Part shown: positions 1 through 12,630 of the stretch, in pieces | Position numbering within the stretch: position 1 is the stretch's first letter | How the letters are laid out: every line of letters starts with the position of its first letter | Assembly (NCBI RefSeq): GCF_006345805.1 | Contig: NC_043010.1 | Coordinates: 27,528,001-27,592,000, forward strand | Reading direction: 5' to 3' | DNA length: 64,000 bases | Source of the DNA: Octopus sinensis | Taxonomy: Eukaryota | Translations under genes and position numbers: made by a program | Notes under the pieces: model-generated | The model's database searches: none | What the model was told of the DNA's origin: nothing | Seen by the model: the letters and a program-made list of their open reading frames with translations, nothing else

Positions 1-739
1 TGTTGCCGTATAGTAACTGTTGTTATGTTACAATTAATGGATCTATATGCGAATTTTTACATATATGTTTTTTTTTTAATGATTCTGCATTTTTTCCTGT
101 TGTTCGCTAATGATTCTTTCCATAGTTCGTCGAAATTAAATTTTCTCTTCATTTATTAAAAATGTTTCTACAAGACTCTCTAAATGCATTTATTCAATAT
201 TGCGAGTGTCTTATCTGTGCTAATTAAGTAAATAATTATTTAATTACTTCATTTATTTCTGTAGTTTCTTAAAATTTCAATTTCTTATTAATTACAACTT
301 CTATTTGATGTCGTTAAAATTCCTGTCGAGCAACATCAACATCAATGACTCTCCAGTCGTGACCATGCCACCTCTTTTACTCAGGTACAGTGTCTCTACA
401 TTATTCATTGTGTTCTTCCATTTTAAGACAGTAAAGATGTAATTTTGAGCAAGATTTAACTGTGATTTCTAGCTCTTACAGCAACCTGTTCGATCCCCTT
501 CTCTTTAGCTTGATCTTCCGTCTATAGCTTGTATATTTTTTAAAACGGAGTCATATAACATTACTCGTACCTTAATGCTGTTATCTTACTATAGTGATTT
601 GCTTCTAGTAATTGTACAGAGTAGTGGTTCTCAAACGAGGTCCATATGACCCTTAGGTTATACTGCTACAATGCACAAAATATTTTAATACATTATTTTA
701 TACAATTCCTAATAATTATTTCAAATTTTTACCACAAGG

Positions 740-930
740 GCAGCGTAGGGGAGATGGGGTTGTGTCGATTTCATCGACACCAGTGTACAACTGGTATATA
801 TTTTATCGACTCCAAAAGGATAAACGGTAAAGTTGACCTCGGCGGCATTTGGATCCAGAACATAGCGACAGGTGAAACACCGCTGAGCATTTCGTCCGGC
901 GATCCAACGATTCTGCTAGCACGCCGCCCT
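740..930 (-). mobile_element. tRNA-derived SINE, family A
   Basis: Minus strand begins aggcggcgtgctagcagaatcgttgg (A-box-like), followed by a B-box-like segment and gaggtcaactttacc...gtcgataaaat. Homologous to copies at 1230, 8160, 15345 and 32075. Confidence 0.75.
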
Positions 931-1229
931 TATACAATTCCTAATAATATTTAATTATGAAATTATAATAGGACTTTTTGAAAATCAAATGGTTATGAGG
1001 GTCCACCTAAGTAGAATAGGAATCAAAGGGGTTCAGTATACAGGAAATGTTCTCAAACTTTTCCTGCCAAGGTAACCTTTCTTTAAGTCCAGCAGTGTTG
1101 GTGTATCCCTTCATGTCTGGTGGTAGTGGTGTATCCTTTCATTATGTCCAGCCGCGAATGGTTAACCCCTTCAAGCAGTGTCGGCATACCCCATTCTTCT
1201 TTCAGTACAGTTTATAATTTTCCAAAAGT

Positions 1230-1440
1230 TGGCGAGTGGGTAGAGTTATTAGGCCGGACAAAATGCTTAGCGGCATCTCGTCCGACCTTACCTTCTAAGT
1301 TAATATTTCGCCGAAGTCGACTTTGCCTTTCATCTCGGTGTTGATAAGATGAATACCAGTTGAGAATTGGGGGGGGGGCGATGTAATCGACTTATTCCCA
1401 CCCTTAAAATTGCTGGCATTGTGTCAAAATTTGAAACCAA
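1230..1440 (+). mobile_element. tRNA-derived SINE, family A (diverged)
   Basis: ggcgagtgggtagag...gtcgactttgcctttcatc...gatgtaatcgact...aaatttgaaacc matches the reverse complement of 8160-8390. Confidence 0.7.
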
Positions 1441-1857
1441 TATTTTCTAGTAGTCAAATTAGTATTAATATACCGAATGCAGTGATCATTAGATCTTTAG
1501 TTAATTTAGGTTTTAATCATTGCAATTAAATATTTATTTCAGTTGTATCATCAATTAAGTTTCATCATTATAGAGCTTCTCAGCAAAGCATAGACTGCAC
1601 AGTACTTACGAAATCGTAATGATAAAGCGAAGTAACTATATAATATGTATACTTTATTTAAAAGCAGCAGAAAATTCAACAAACCCTGTTACTCTAAGTA
1701 TCACGTTTATGTGTTTACTCCGGTATATATATATATATATATACTTTTATTAAAACTGCAAAATTATCACAACACTGTTACTCAGTGTTTCAAGTTCTCG
1801 TTTGTCAATATATGTGTGTCGATGTGTGTGTAGAGAGAGACAGAGAGACAGATAGAC

Positions 1858-1899
<42 letters not shown>

Positions 1900-2068
1900 C
1901 GATAGATAGATAGATAGATAGGGGCGCTACTAAATTTGTTGATTCTAGAGTAACATACAAGCTTAAACTTCGTTTGGTATGGCTATATATTTACGTGTCT
2001 AAATGTGTGTATGCGCATGCGTGCGTTTGTCGTTCCGTCACATATTTATCGTTTGCGTAATAAGTATA

Positions 2069-2300
2069 CTCTTTTACTCTCTTTTACTTGTTTCAGTCAT
2101 TTGACTGCAGCCATACTGGAGCACCGCCTTTAGTCGAGCAAATCGACCCCGGGACTTATTCTTTGTAAGCCCAGTACTTATTCTATCGGTCTCTTTTGAC
2201 GAACCGCTAGGTGACGGTGACGTAAACACACCAGCATCGGTTGTCAAGCAATGCTAGAGGGACAAACACAGACACACAAACATATACACACACATACATA
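2069..2300 (-). mobile_element. SINE family B, 3' half
   Basis: Near-identical reverse complement of 5410-5615. Confidence 0.8.
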
Positions 2301-2689
2301 TATACATATATAGTCGTTATCTTTTTTATTTACTCTTCGTTTCTATTTTTTATTATTTATATATTTGTGTCGTTATTTATTTGTTCTGACGATGTCGTTC
2401 GTGACTAGTACTTGTTCGATTTTAGCTAAGACGGGAACACTAACAGCCACCCAATTATCAACAACAATAACCACAACTAGAGAGATTTATATTTCATAGT
2501 AAAATATAGGAAAATAATTGTGTCTCATTATTCCTTGCTCTAATAATGAAGCACACACTTCGAAGATACAAACAGCTGAACATTAAATTGTTTAATACAG
2601 TAACAATATGTTCATCCACACACAAACACACACACACACGCACACACATATGTGTACGCATAGACACAGACACACACAGACACACACAG

Positions 2690-2725
2690 GCAAAGACACA
2701 TACAACACACACACACACATATGTG

Positions 2726-2775
<50 letters not shown>

Positions 2776-3200
2776 CATACATTTTTATGCATGCATATGT
2801 ATATATATATATAAATACTTATATATATGTATATATATATATATATAATGTATATATATGTATATATATACATATATAGTAATTATATATATGTATACTT
2901 ATATATACATATATATGTATATATATATATACATACATATATATATGTATATACACGTATGTATGTATAATACATATATATAACCATACTATATATATAC
3001 ATATATACATGAATATATATATGTGTGTGTATATGCATATATGTATATATATACATATATATATATACACACATATATATATGTATATATATATATAAAT
3101 CATATATATATATATGTGTATATATATATATATTATTATTATATATATATATATATGTATTATATAATATATATATATTATATATATATATATATATATA
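2690..3200. repeat. Compound (CA)n/(TA)n microsatellite; representative of dozens in the window
   Basis: Direct dinucleotide repeats; source of the spurious YIYI/HTHT ORFs. Confidence 0.95.
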
Positions 3201-3890
3201 TGTTGTTAACAAACGACAATAAGTGATTGTTTATGGTAACAAAACGACAATAATGATTTTTTAAAAAAAAACCTTAGAAGATTTGACGTCAAAGTTAGAT
3301 AGTAGGAAGAGAAGGGTTAAAGGAATAATAGGTAGGGAACAAGTGGAAAGGGAAGGTATGTTGATTAAGAACGTTCAAAGGCTTAGGAAAGAATTTCACT
3401 ATTGAAGTGGAGTGTATGTTAAGCTAATTGTTCAAAGGCATGCCTAGTCGTAATCATTTGTAGAGTAAAAAGTATGTTTCTGCCAGTGCTTACATTTATA
3501 GGATTTCTCTATGAGTGTGTGTTTATTGTCACTTATTGTCGTTTGTTTACCATGTAGTCAGTCATCAAAATTTTCTTTGTCTTGTTGCCGAGAGAGGCTC
3601 CCTTTCTTTCCTGATGAGAAGATTGCATCATACACCCTTTATTCCTTGGGAATGAAACATGTGGTCTTCGAAACATATGTCGAGAGTAAAGGATTTTGTT
3701 AACATCTTCGTTCGACTCCATTTTTTTCATTTATTCATATATACACACAAATTTCTGCAAATGAACCCGAAGTTTCTACCCTTGAACAGGGTCTTCAACC
3801 GTGTTTCTTATGCGAATTTGCTACCCTGGTATCGGTTCAACGAATTTTCCATGCTGACGATAAACATAGGATAATTCATTCACCTATTGA
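3201..3890 (+). mobile_element. Non-coding PLE pLTR-like remnant, copy 1 of a ~1.19 kb tandem duplication
   Basis: Flanked by (TA)n, contains a hammerhead, and its 5' end is a short inverted copy of ~3525-3552. Repeated at 4396-5090. Confidence 0.6.
3601..3692 (+). ncRNA. Type I hammerhead ribozyme
   Basis: ctttc-CTGATGA-stem II GAAGATTGCAT/ATGTGGTCTTC-GAAA-CATATG (palindromic stem III)-TC|gagag. Canonical core with a GUC cleavage triplet. Confidence 0.8.
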
Positions 3891-3946
3891 AATATATATA
3901 TAATATATATTATATATATATTATAATATATAAGCCTTGTGAGTGG

Positions 3947-3988
<42 letters not shown>

Positions 3989-3989
3989 A

Positions 3990-4154
3990 GCCGCAGGAGT
4001 GGCTGTGTGGTAAGTAGCTTGCTAACCAACCACATGGTTCCGGGTTCAGTCCCACTGCGTGGCATCTTGAGCAAGTGTCTTCTGCTATAGCCTCGGGCCG
4101 ACCAAAGCCTTGTGAGTAGATTTGGTAGACGGAAACTGAAAGAAGCCTGTCGTA
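3990..4154 (+). mobile_element. SINE family B, 5' half (tRNA-like head)
   Basis: A-box TGGCTGTGTGG, B-box GGTTCAGTCCC, CORE-like cttgagcaagtg. Confidence 0.8.
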
Positions 4155-4395
4155 TATACATATATATACCACATACATATATAATATACATATATACATG
4201 AATATATATATGTGTGTGTATAGCATATATGTATTATATACATATATATATACACACATATATATATGTATATATATATATAAATACATATATATATATA
4301 TGTGTATATATATATATATTATATTATATATATTATATATATATATGTATATATATATTATATATAATATATTTATATATATATATATATATATA

Positions 4396-5090
4396 TGTTG
4401 TTAACAAAACACAATAGTGATTGTTTATGGTAAACAAACGACAATAAGTGATTTTTTAAAAAAAAACCTTAGAAGATTTGACGTCAAAGTTAGATAGTAG
4501 GAAGAGAAGGGTTAAAGGAATAATAGGTAGGGAACAAGTGGAAAGGGAGGGTATGTTGATTAAGAACGTTCAAAGGCTTAGGAAAGAATTTCACTATTGA
4601 AGTGGAGTGTATGTTAAGCTAATTGTTCAAAGCACGATGCTATCGTAATCATTTGTAAGAGTAACAAGTTTGTCTGCCAGTGCTTACATTTTAGGATTTC
4701 TCTATGAGTGTGTTTATTGTCACTTATTGTCGTTTGTTTACCATGTAGTCAGTCATCAAAATTTTTCTTGTCTTTGTTGCCGAGAGAGGCTCCCTTTCTT
4801 TCCTGATGAGAAGATGCATCAACATACACCCTTATATTCCTTTGGATGAACCATGTGGTCTTCGAAACATATGTCGAGAGTAAAGGAATTTTGTTAACAT
4901 CTTCGTTCGACTCCATTTTTTTCATTTATTCATAATAACACACAAATTTCTGCAAATGAACCCGAAGTTTCTACCCTTGAACAGGTCACTTCAACCGTGT
5001 TTTTCTTATGCGAATTTGCTACCCTGGTATCGGTTCAACGAATTTTCCATGCTGACGATAAACTAGGATAATTCATTCACCTATTGAAAT
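4396..5090 (+). mobile_element. Non-coding PLE pLTR-like remnant, copy 2
   Basis: Duplicate of 3201-3890, differing mostly by small indels. Confidence 0.6.
4793..4886 (+). ncRNA. Type I hammerhead ribozyme (duplicate)
   Basis: CTGATGA at 4803, GAAA at 4864, then CATATG-TC|GAGAG; same fold as 3601. Confidence 0.8.
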
Positions 5091-5186
5091 ATATAATATT
5101 ATATATTATATAGATATATATATCTATTATAAGCCTTGTGAGTGGATATATATATAGTATATATATATACATATACATAATATATA

Positions 5187-5375
5187 GCCGCAGGAGTGGC
5201 TGTGTGGTAAGTAGCTTGCTAACCAACCACATGGTTCCGGGTTCAGTCCCACTGCGTGGCATCTTGAGCAAGTGTCTTCTGCTATAGCCTCGGGCCGACC
5301 AAAGCCTTGTGAGTAGATTTGGTAGACGGAAACTGAAAGAAGCCTGTCGTAATATACATATATATATATATTATA

Positions 5376-5406
<31 letters not shown>

Positions 5407-5620
5407 ATGTGTTTGTGTGTCTGTGTTTGTCCCCCTAGCATTGCTTGACAACCGATGCTGGAGTGTTTACGACCCCCGTCACTTAGCGGTTCGGCAAAAG
5501 AGACCGATAGAATAAGTACTGGCTTACAAAGAATAAGTCCCGGGGTTGATTGCTCGACTAAAGGTGGTGCTCCAGCATGGCCGCGTCAAATGACTGAAAC
5601 AAGTAAAAAGATAAAAGAGA
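5187..5620 (+). mobile_element. Full-length SINE family B with internal microsatellite
   Basis: tRNA-like head, internal (TA/TG)n spacer, and a 3' module ending gaaacaagtaaaaag. Confidence 0.85.
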
Positions 5621-5708
5621 AAGATATATATATATATATACATATGTATATATATATATATATATATATACATATGTAATATATATATATTACATTATAT
5701 ATATATAT

Positions 5709-5741
<33 letters not shown>

Positions 5742-5904
5742 ATATACATATACATATATTACTATTTCTCTCTTGTTAGCTCTCTCATATCCCAGAAACA
5801 GCTGTAAGACTACCTTTCGCTTTATAAATGTCCTATAAACTCTACATACCCTTGGCTTTGTTATCGCATTTTATTTAACACACACACACACATAATATAT
5901 ATAT

Positions 5905-6143
5905 GCTCTTTACTCTTTTACTTGTTTTAGTCATTTGACAGAGGCGATGCTAGAGCACCGACATTAGCCAAGCAAATCGACCCCAAGACTTATTCTTTGT
6001 AAGCTCAGTACTTATTCTATCGGTCTCTTTTGCCGAATTGCTAAGTTATGGGGACGTAAACAGACCAGCATCGGTTGTCAAGCGATGTTTTTTGGGACAA
6101 ACACACACATACACACACACACACCACACACACACACACACAC

Positions 6144-6190
<47 letters not shown>

Positions 6191-6220
6191 TAATATATAT
6201 ATATACATACATATATATGA

Positions 6221-6276
<56 letters not shown>

Positions 6277-6432
6277 TATATATACGACGGCTTCTTTCAG
6301 TTTCCTACCAAATCCACTCACAAGGCTTTAGTCGGCCCGAGGCTATAGCAGAGACACTTGGCAGGTGCCACGCAGTGGGACTGAACCCGGACCATGTGGT
6401 TGGTAAGCAAGCTACTTACCACACAGCCACTC
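5905..6432 (-). mobile_element. Full-length SINE family B
   Basis: Reverse-complement copy of 5187-5620 with an expanded internal microsatellite. Confidence 0.8.
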
Positions 6433-6458
6433 GTATATATGTATATGTAATATATAAT

Positions 6459-6496
<38 letters not shown>

Positions 6497-7134
6497 CAGA
6501 GAGTGAGAATATATACACACACACATATATGCATCTATAAGTATATTTATGTGAGTGATTTTGTGTGTACATGTGTGGGATGAGTGCCTGTGCGTGCATA
6601 TCTGAGTGTGCGTGCGTGCGTGCGTATGTGAGTGGGTTTGTATGTATGTATAAATTGATTTTATGAAGCCGTCGAAGAAGACAGCGCTTAAGAATGAAAG
6701 AAATCGAGAAATGGAATTGACAACTTCGTGTCTTGAGAATATCATGTTAATGCCATAACACGAGAAACGATTCTTTGAGTCTTTTTTTTTCGTTTATTTT
6801 TTTTTCTTGTATTTCGATGCCAGACAAATCACATATGCGTGAGTGCGTGCACGCAAGCAAACACGTATGGTTACACACAATTGCGCATGCACATGGACAC
6901 ATACAAACACACGCTCGTGCTTACGTAAACACGCATTATCACGCTCAGTGGCGCATACTTCCGTACATAACAGTGCCATACAGACACACGGACAGATGTT
7001 CACGCATTTACACATACACACACGCACGCACGCACGCGCGCAAAACACGGTTTTGCAGCCAAAATATGCATAGTCACGCAAGCAAAAGCACACACATGCA
7101 ACGCACACACGCTCACACACACACACAAACATAA

Positions 7135-7173
<39 letters not shown>

Positions 7174-7180
7174 TGTGTAC

Positions 7181-7220
<40 letters not shown>

Positions 7221-7329
7221 TGTGTGTGTATGTATATATATACAAGTATGTATGTATAGCTATTTATCTATCTATATATCTTTATACATTTATATTATTT
7301 ACACACAGACACAGATACACATCCTATAC

Positions 7330-7750
7330 TTTTATTCTTTTATTTGTTTCTGTGATTTGACTGCGGTCATGCTTGAGCATCGCCCTGAAGGATTTTAGTC
7401 GAATAAATCAACCCTAGGACTTAGTTTTTAAGCCTAGTATTTATTGTATTGAACACCTTTTGCTGAACCGCTAAGTTACGGAGACGTAAAAACAAACATA
7501 CTGATACTGGTTGTCAAGTGGTGATGAGGGGACAACTATACACACACACACATATACATACATACGCACACACATATGCATACATATATACGACGGCCTT
7601 CTTTCAGTTTCTGTCCACCAAATCAATTCACAAGGCCTTGGTCGGCCCGAAGTTATAGTAGTAGACACTTTCCCAAGGTGCTATGCAGTAGGACTGAACC
7701 CGGAACCATGTGGTTGGGATGAAAGCTTCTTACCACACAGTCACGCCTAT
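7330..7750 (-). mobile_element. Full-length SINE family B (older)
   Basis: Same head/microsatellite/tail layout, more diverged. Confidence 0.75.
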
Positions 7751-7759
7751 GCCTATATA

Positions 7760-8107
7760 TATAATTCTTAAAATTAATATAGGTTAGGTAAAATTAAAGA
7801 ATTTTTTTCTACCAGTGGCCTAGCATCTATACAAAGTCAATAGACATATTTTTCATATAAAATTAGTGTACATTTATGTACAAAAAGGGGTGTGCCTTAA
7901 CAGGTTGCCTTACATGCTAGAAGGAACAGTTAAAAGTCCAAACGACAGTTAAGAGAAATTTCGAAGGGAAGGAAAAATTAAAATTAAAATATTTACCAAA
8001 TGTTTTTATTTTTCATTCCCTTCGAAATTGCTCATAACTGTGGTTTGGACTTTTGACTGTTCCTTCTAGCATGTAAGGCGACCTGTTAAGGTTCACCTCT
8101 TTTTGTG
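7760..8107. mobile_element. Fold-back PLE-derived element (inverted arms ~7879-7980 / 8004-8107)
   Basis: About 100 bp imperfect inverted repeat. The left terminus aatataggtt...gaattttt...accagtggcctag resembles 18015-18076. Confidence 0.6.
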
Positions 8108-8159
8108 TTTAAATGTGTACACAAACACACACACACACACACACACACACAGATTATTT

Positions 8160-8390
8160 ATTTATTTATTGCCCACAGAGGGCTAAACATAGAGGGAACA
8201 AACAAGGACAGACAAAGGGATTATGTCGATTACATCGACCCCAGTACGCAACTGGTACTTTATTTATCGACCCCGAAAGGATGAACGGCAAAGTCGACCT
8301 CGGCGGAATTTGAACTCAGAACGTAGCGGCAGACGAAATACCACTAAGCATTTTGCCCAGCATGCTAACGATTCTGCCAGCTCGCCGCCT
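8160..8390 (-). mobile_element. tRNA-derived SINE, family A
   Basis: Minus strand aggcggcgagcTGGCAGAATCGttag (A box) and GAGTTCAAATTCC (B box). Confidence 0.85.
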
Positions 8391-8916
8391 TATATATATA
8401 AATTATTAAGGTGGCTATTTGCAATTTAGAATCGAATGACAGAAGTGTAGTCTTTCGATGGTGGGCGCTAGTGAGCACCAACATTGCTATGAGTCAGAAT
8501 AATTCTTAGCCACATGAGAGCACTTATCTAACGGCTGACAAGGGAGGAAAGCTCCCTACGGCAAGCGAGATGGAATCATATCATCAGATGATTTCAGGTT
8601 TGATTAATCTTCATCAGTAACCAATTACTGCGTCGCTGAGGGTTGAAGAACTTAACTCAGCTTGTCAGTCTTATAGAGAACACCATAACAAACATTGACT
8701 GATTTCAAAAATAGTGAAGTGAAACTTATAAATTAAGGTAGCTATTCGTAATTTAGAATCGAATGGTAGAAGTAGAGTCGTCACATATATGTATGTGTGT
8801 GTATGCATATATATATATATATATATAGTTGAAATTTACAGAAAAACAAAAGACAAAGACAGGTGTATAAACAACAAGTAGGTGTATTGGTTTGACGCTC
8901 GGGAAGGTGAAACAGT

Positions 8917-8952
8917 CTTTTACGTTTCAAGCCTATGCTCTTCAACAGAAAG
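8917..8952 (-). ncRNA. Minimal hammerhead-like motif with non-canonical core (CUGUUGA)
   Basis: cttt-CTGTTGA-A-GAGC(ATAG)GCTT-GAAA-CG-TA|aaag; A6 is replaced by U. Confidence 0.45.
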
Positions 8953-8999
8953 GAATAGGAGGAAATAAATAGAAAGAGAATAAATTTTTAAAAACTTGT

Positions 9000-9530
9000 G
9001 GATTTAGCTGCCAATCATGGCGGCCCAGGCTATGTCTGATTTAATAGCACCGCCTAGAAGAGATACACAGTCAGCTCTTGGGCACCACAGCTCATTCGAG
9101 CAGCGAGTTGTTGTTTTCAGAGACATTTCCGGATGTGGGTGGTTTGTCTGGTATTTGTTGGAGATAATCATCTGGGACCGTTTGAATGCCGTGAAATCAC
9201 TTTCCTCTTTTATGTGGGCTGGCACGATGCTGAAGAGAACAGGGCCAGTTGAGGTGAAATAGTTCTGACGTAGTATTGTGATACGACACGAACATTATTT
9301 CTTCAGTGGACGGACGGCACAGGCGCCAAGCCTCGGATTAATTTTAAAGATGGTACCTAAATCATACAGGCAATGTTGATTGAATAGTTTCCACATCATA
9401 CAGATGATATAGCGCTCATGGCGGCGCTGGAGGGAATAAAGCCTGAGCTTTTTGAGTCGATCCCAATAGTCAAGGCTTATCATGTCATCTCGTGTTTTTT
9501 TGTGATTGATATCTGGGGAGCTTCAATTTT
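9000..9530 (-). pseudogene. CR1-like LINE ORF2 C-terminal fragment
   Basis: LDYWDRLKKLRLYSLQRRHERYII, then NYFTSTGPVLFSIVP-like sequence. Homologous to 60680-60770. Confidence 0.75.
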
Positions 9531-9630
9531 CATATTTTGCATTGTGAATATATATTCTCTCCCCAGACACAATAATATAAATATATATATATGTATATAT
9601 ACACGAGCACACAGAGCCACATATATATAT

Positions 9631-9671
<41 letters not shown>

Positions 9672-9879
9672 ATACACACACACACACGTACACACACATA
9701 TACATGTACACAAACAAATATATATGCAGAAACATAAATAAGTCAAAGAAAAAGTAAGAACTATGATATGGTTGGTTGAGTTTCAGAAGCGTCATTGGTT
9801 CGTTGGTTTGGGTGGTTTGCTGGCCGGTTGGTTGGTAGGGATGGGTGTTAGTTTAACGAATGAGTGTTGAATCCACACG

Positions 9880-10270
9880 TAGAGACGCTGTTGCCAGTGA
9901 TTGTAGGAACACTTGGAATGATCCAAAAAGGCAACTGAAAATTATTCGAGAATCATCTCAGACTTACCATCCATGGAAGCGACAATGTTATTCTCAATAC
10001 GTCACACGTAGAGAATTTTCTTTCCTGTAAATTTTCTTTCCTTTGCCCCCTTTTTTTTCTTTGTTTTCCTTTTTCCTATTTTTCTTTTTTCCTTTTGTTT
10101 CATTCCTTTTCCCCTTTTTTTATTCTCACATAACTTAGCTTTGTAAATTGACAATCTGGTGTGTTTATTCTAATGGCCTACAAATGCATAGAGTGAGTTT
10201 CTTTGCCCTAGGTGTCGGAAAGACACCCAGCAAGAAACGTAAACAAAGTTAAAAGAAGAAAAATGATAAT
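9880..10270 (+). mobile_element. Old R4/Dong LINE 3' end
   Basis: PVIVGTLGMIQKATENY peptide; 3' UTR homologous to 12040-12135 and ending in TAA repeats. Confidence 0.7.
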
Positions 10271-10276
10271 AATAAA

Positions 10277-10655
10277 AACAAGAGCACTCAGAGAGCGCAG
10301 ACCTTCGCCAAGGCAACACCAACGTCCTTTCAACTATTAGCCGGAGATGTCTTTTTAAAATGAGAATATCTGAAATAGACTCGGCTGCTCTCATAAATGA
10401 GAATACAAAAAATGTACCCGACCGCTCTCAAAAATTAAGTAAAAAAGAAAATACAGGAAAAATAATCCAGAATCCTCGTTCGGTACCGGATCGATCCCAA
10501 AATTTAATCAGTTGGTGTCAGTCACAAGACCAAACATCCCTGAAAGTTTCATCCAAATCCATCCCGCGGTTCTTGAGATATCTTGTCCCCGGACAAAAAA
10601 AAACCCCAAAAAACCCAACTGAAACAATACCTCCGCCTTCGCTAAGGTGGAGGTA
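10277..10655. mobile_element. Non-autonomous Helentron-type (HINE/DINE-like) element
   Basis: Subterminal ccttcgccaagg is partly complementary to the terminal hairpin acctccgccttcgctaaggtggaggt. No ORF; inserted in TAA repeats. Partial copy at ~14586-14687. Confidence 0.55.
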
Positions 10656-10675
10656 ATAATAATAATAATAATAAC

Positions 10676-10728
<53 letters not shown>

Positions 10729-10751
10729 TGATGATAATAATAATAATAATG

Positions 10752-10782
<31 letters not shown>

Positions 10783-10895
10783 TGATAATAATAATACTAA
10801 TAATAATAATGATGATGATAACAATAATACTAACAATAATACTAATAATAATAATGATGATAATAATAATAATAATAATAATGATAATAATAATG

Positions 10896-10928
<33 letters not shown>

Positions 10929-10987
10929 TAATAATAATAATAATAATGATGATAATAATAATAATAATAATAATGATAATAATAATG

Positions 10988-11049
<62 letters not shown>

Positions 11050-11089
11050 GATGATAATAATAATAATAGTAATAATGATAATAATAATG

Positions 11090-11149
<60 letters not shown>

Positions 11150-11162
11150 ATGATGATAATAA
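10655..11162. repeat. (TAA/TGA)n microsatellite, ~500 bp
   Basis: Direct trinucleotide array. Confidence 0.95.
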
Positions 11163-11164
11163 TA

Positions 11165-12135
11165 GGCAACTATTGTTGCAAAGAAGGTGAAAATGATGGC
11201 AACGAATAAAGCGCACGAACAATTGGCTGATAGGTGGGAGGAGAAACCTCTGCACGGCAAATATGTGACCCGCAGCAAACAAGCTGATGTTGACCAGAAG
11301 CAAACCTATCAGTGGCTACGGAGCTCAGGGCTAAAAGCAGAGAGCGAAGGTTTCATCCTGGCTGCTCAAGATCAAAGCCTATTAACCCGGAACTACCAGG
11401 CCAATGTGATGAAAAATGGAGCAGACCCAAAATGCCGAAATCTCTGGATGTAAAGTCTTAGCACCAGTGGAGTATAAATTAAGACATGACAGAGTTGGCC
11501 AATATCTCCACTGGCTAATAAGTCGGCATTACAATATCAAAACTGCCGACAAGTGGTATAATCACCACCCTGAGGCTGTAACTGAAGGAGAAAATGTAAC
11601 CATTCTGTGGGACTTTCCAGTACATACAGACCGAACCATCAAGGCCAATAAACCAGATATTGTTGTGAAAGACCAAACAATAAAGTTTGCTTATTGATCG
11701 ACATGAGCATCCCCTGTGATCATAATATCTCAGCGAAAGAGTTTGACAAGCTCAGAAAATATAAGACCTACTCATTGAAATTGAGAAAATGTGGCATCTC
11801 AAGGCGGTTACAATACCAGTGATCGTAGGAGCACTAGGAATGATCAAGAAGGGAACCGAAAATTATATGAGAATGATCCCTGGCTTACCATCCCTGCAAG
11901 AAGTGCAAAAGATAGTCTTAACTGGTACATCACACGTATTGAGAAGAGCATTGTCGATGTGAGAACTGTTGCTGCTCATGTATTTTAATTTAACTTTAAA
12001 AAAAAAAAAAAAATCAACGAACTATTGAGTTTGGTTTAATGGCCTACCAATATGTTACTATGAGTTTCTTTGCCCTAGGAGTCGGGAAGACACTCGGCAA
12101 GAAATGGAAGCAAATTTGAAAGAAGAAAAAAAAAG
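11165..12135 (+). mobile_element. 5'-truncated R4/Dong LINE (CCHC knuckle and REL endonuclease, frameshifted)
   Basis: W..KPLHGKY, ESEGFILAAQDQ, RHD, ILWDFPV, NKPDIVV, IPVIVGALG; stop at 11960-11962; flanked by (TAA)n. Confidence 0.9.
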
Positions 12136-12299
12136 TAATAATAATAATAATGATGATAATAATAATACAATAATAATAATGATAATAATAATAATAATAA
12201 TAATAATAATATCATGTAATAATAATAATAATAATAATAAATAATATAATAATAATATAATGATAATATAATGATAATAATAATAACAATAATAATAAT

Positions 12300-12537
12300 A
12301 ATAGGTGCATTAGGCATGATAAAAAAATATTCAGACAAATACATAACAAAAACACCAGGACTTACAAACACATATAACATACAGAAAATTGCACTACTAG
12401 GCACTGCACACCTATCCTAACGCAAACACTTTCCATACAATAACCATCAGAGCATCACAACAAATCACAGCACATACCCAAGGCACACAGAGCTGCGCTC
12501 GGTAGTGAAGTGAAAGCACGCTATAAAAATAAAACTA

Positions 12538-12541
<4 letters not shown>
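12300..12541 (+). mobile_element. R4/Dong LINE extreme 3' fragment (second subfamily)
   Basis: IGALGMIKK...IQKIALLGTAH plus a short UTR, between (TAA)n tracts. Confidence 0.75.

Positions 12542-12630
<89 letters not shown>

Noticed and set aside
5187-5260. tRNA gene
   Set aside because: A and B boxes are present, but it is a multi-copy SINE head without a convincing cloverleaf.
2494-7360. Numerous YIYI/HTHT/CVCV ORFs here and throughout the window
   Set aside because: They are translations of dinucleotide and tetranucleotide microsatellites.
10642-11303. Poly-I/L/Y ORFs
   Set aside because: Products of the (TAA)n array.
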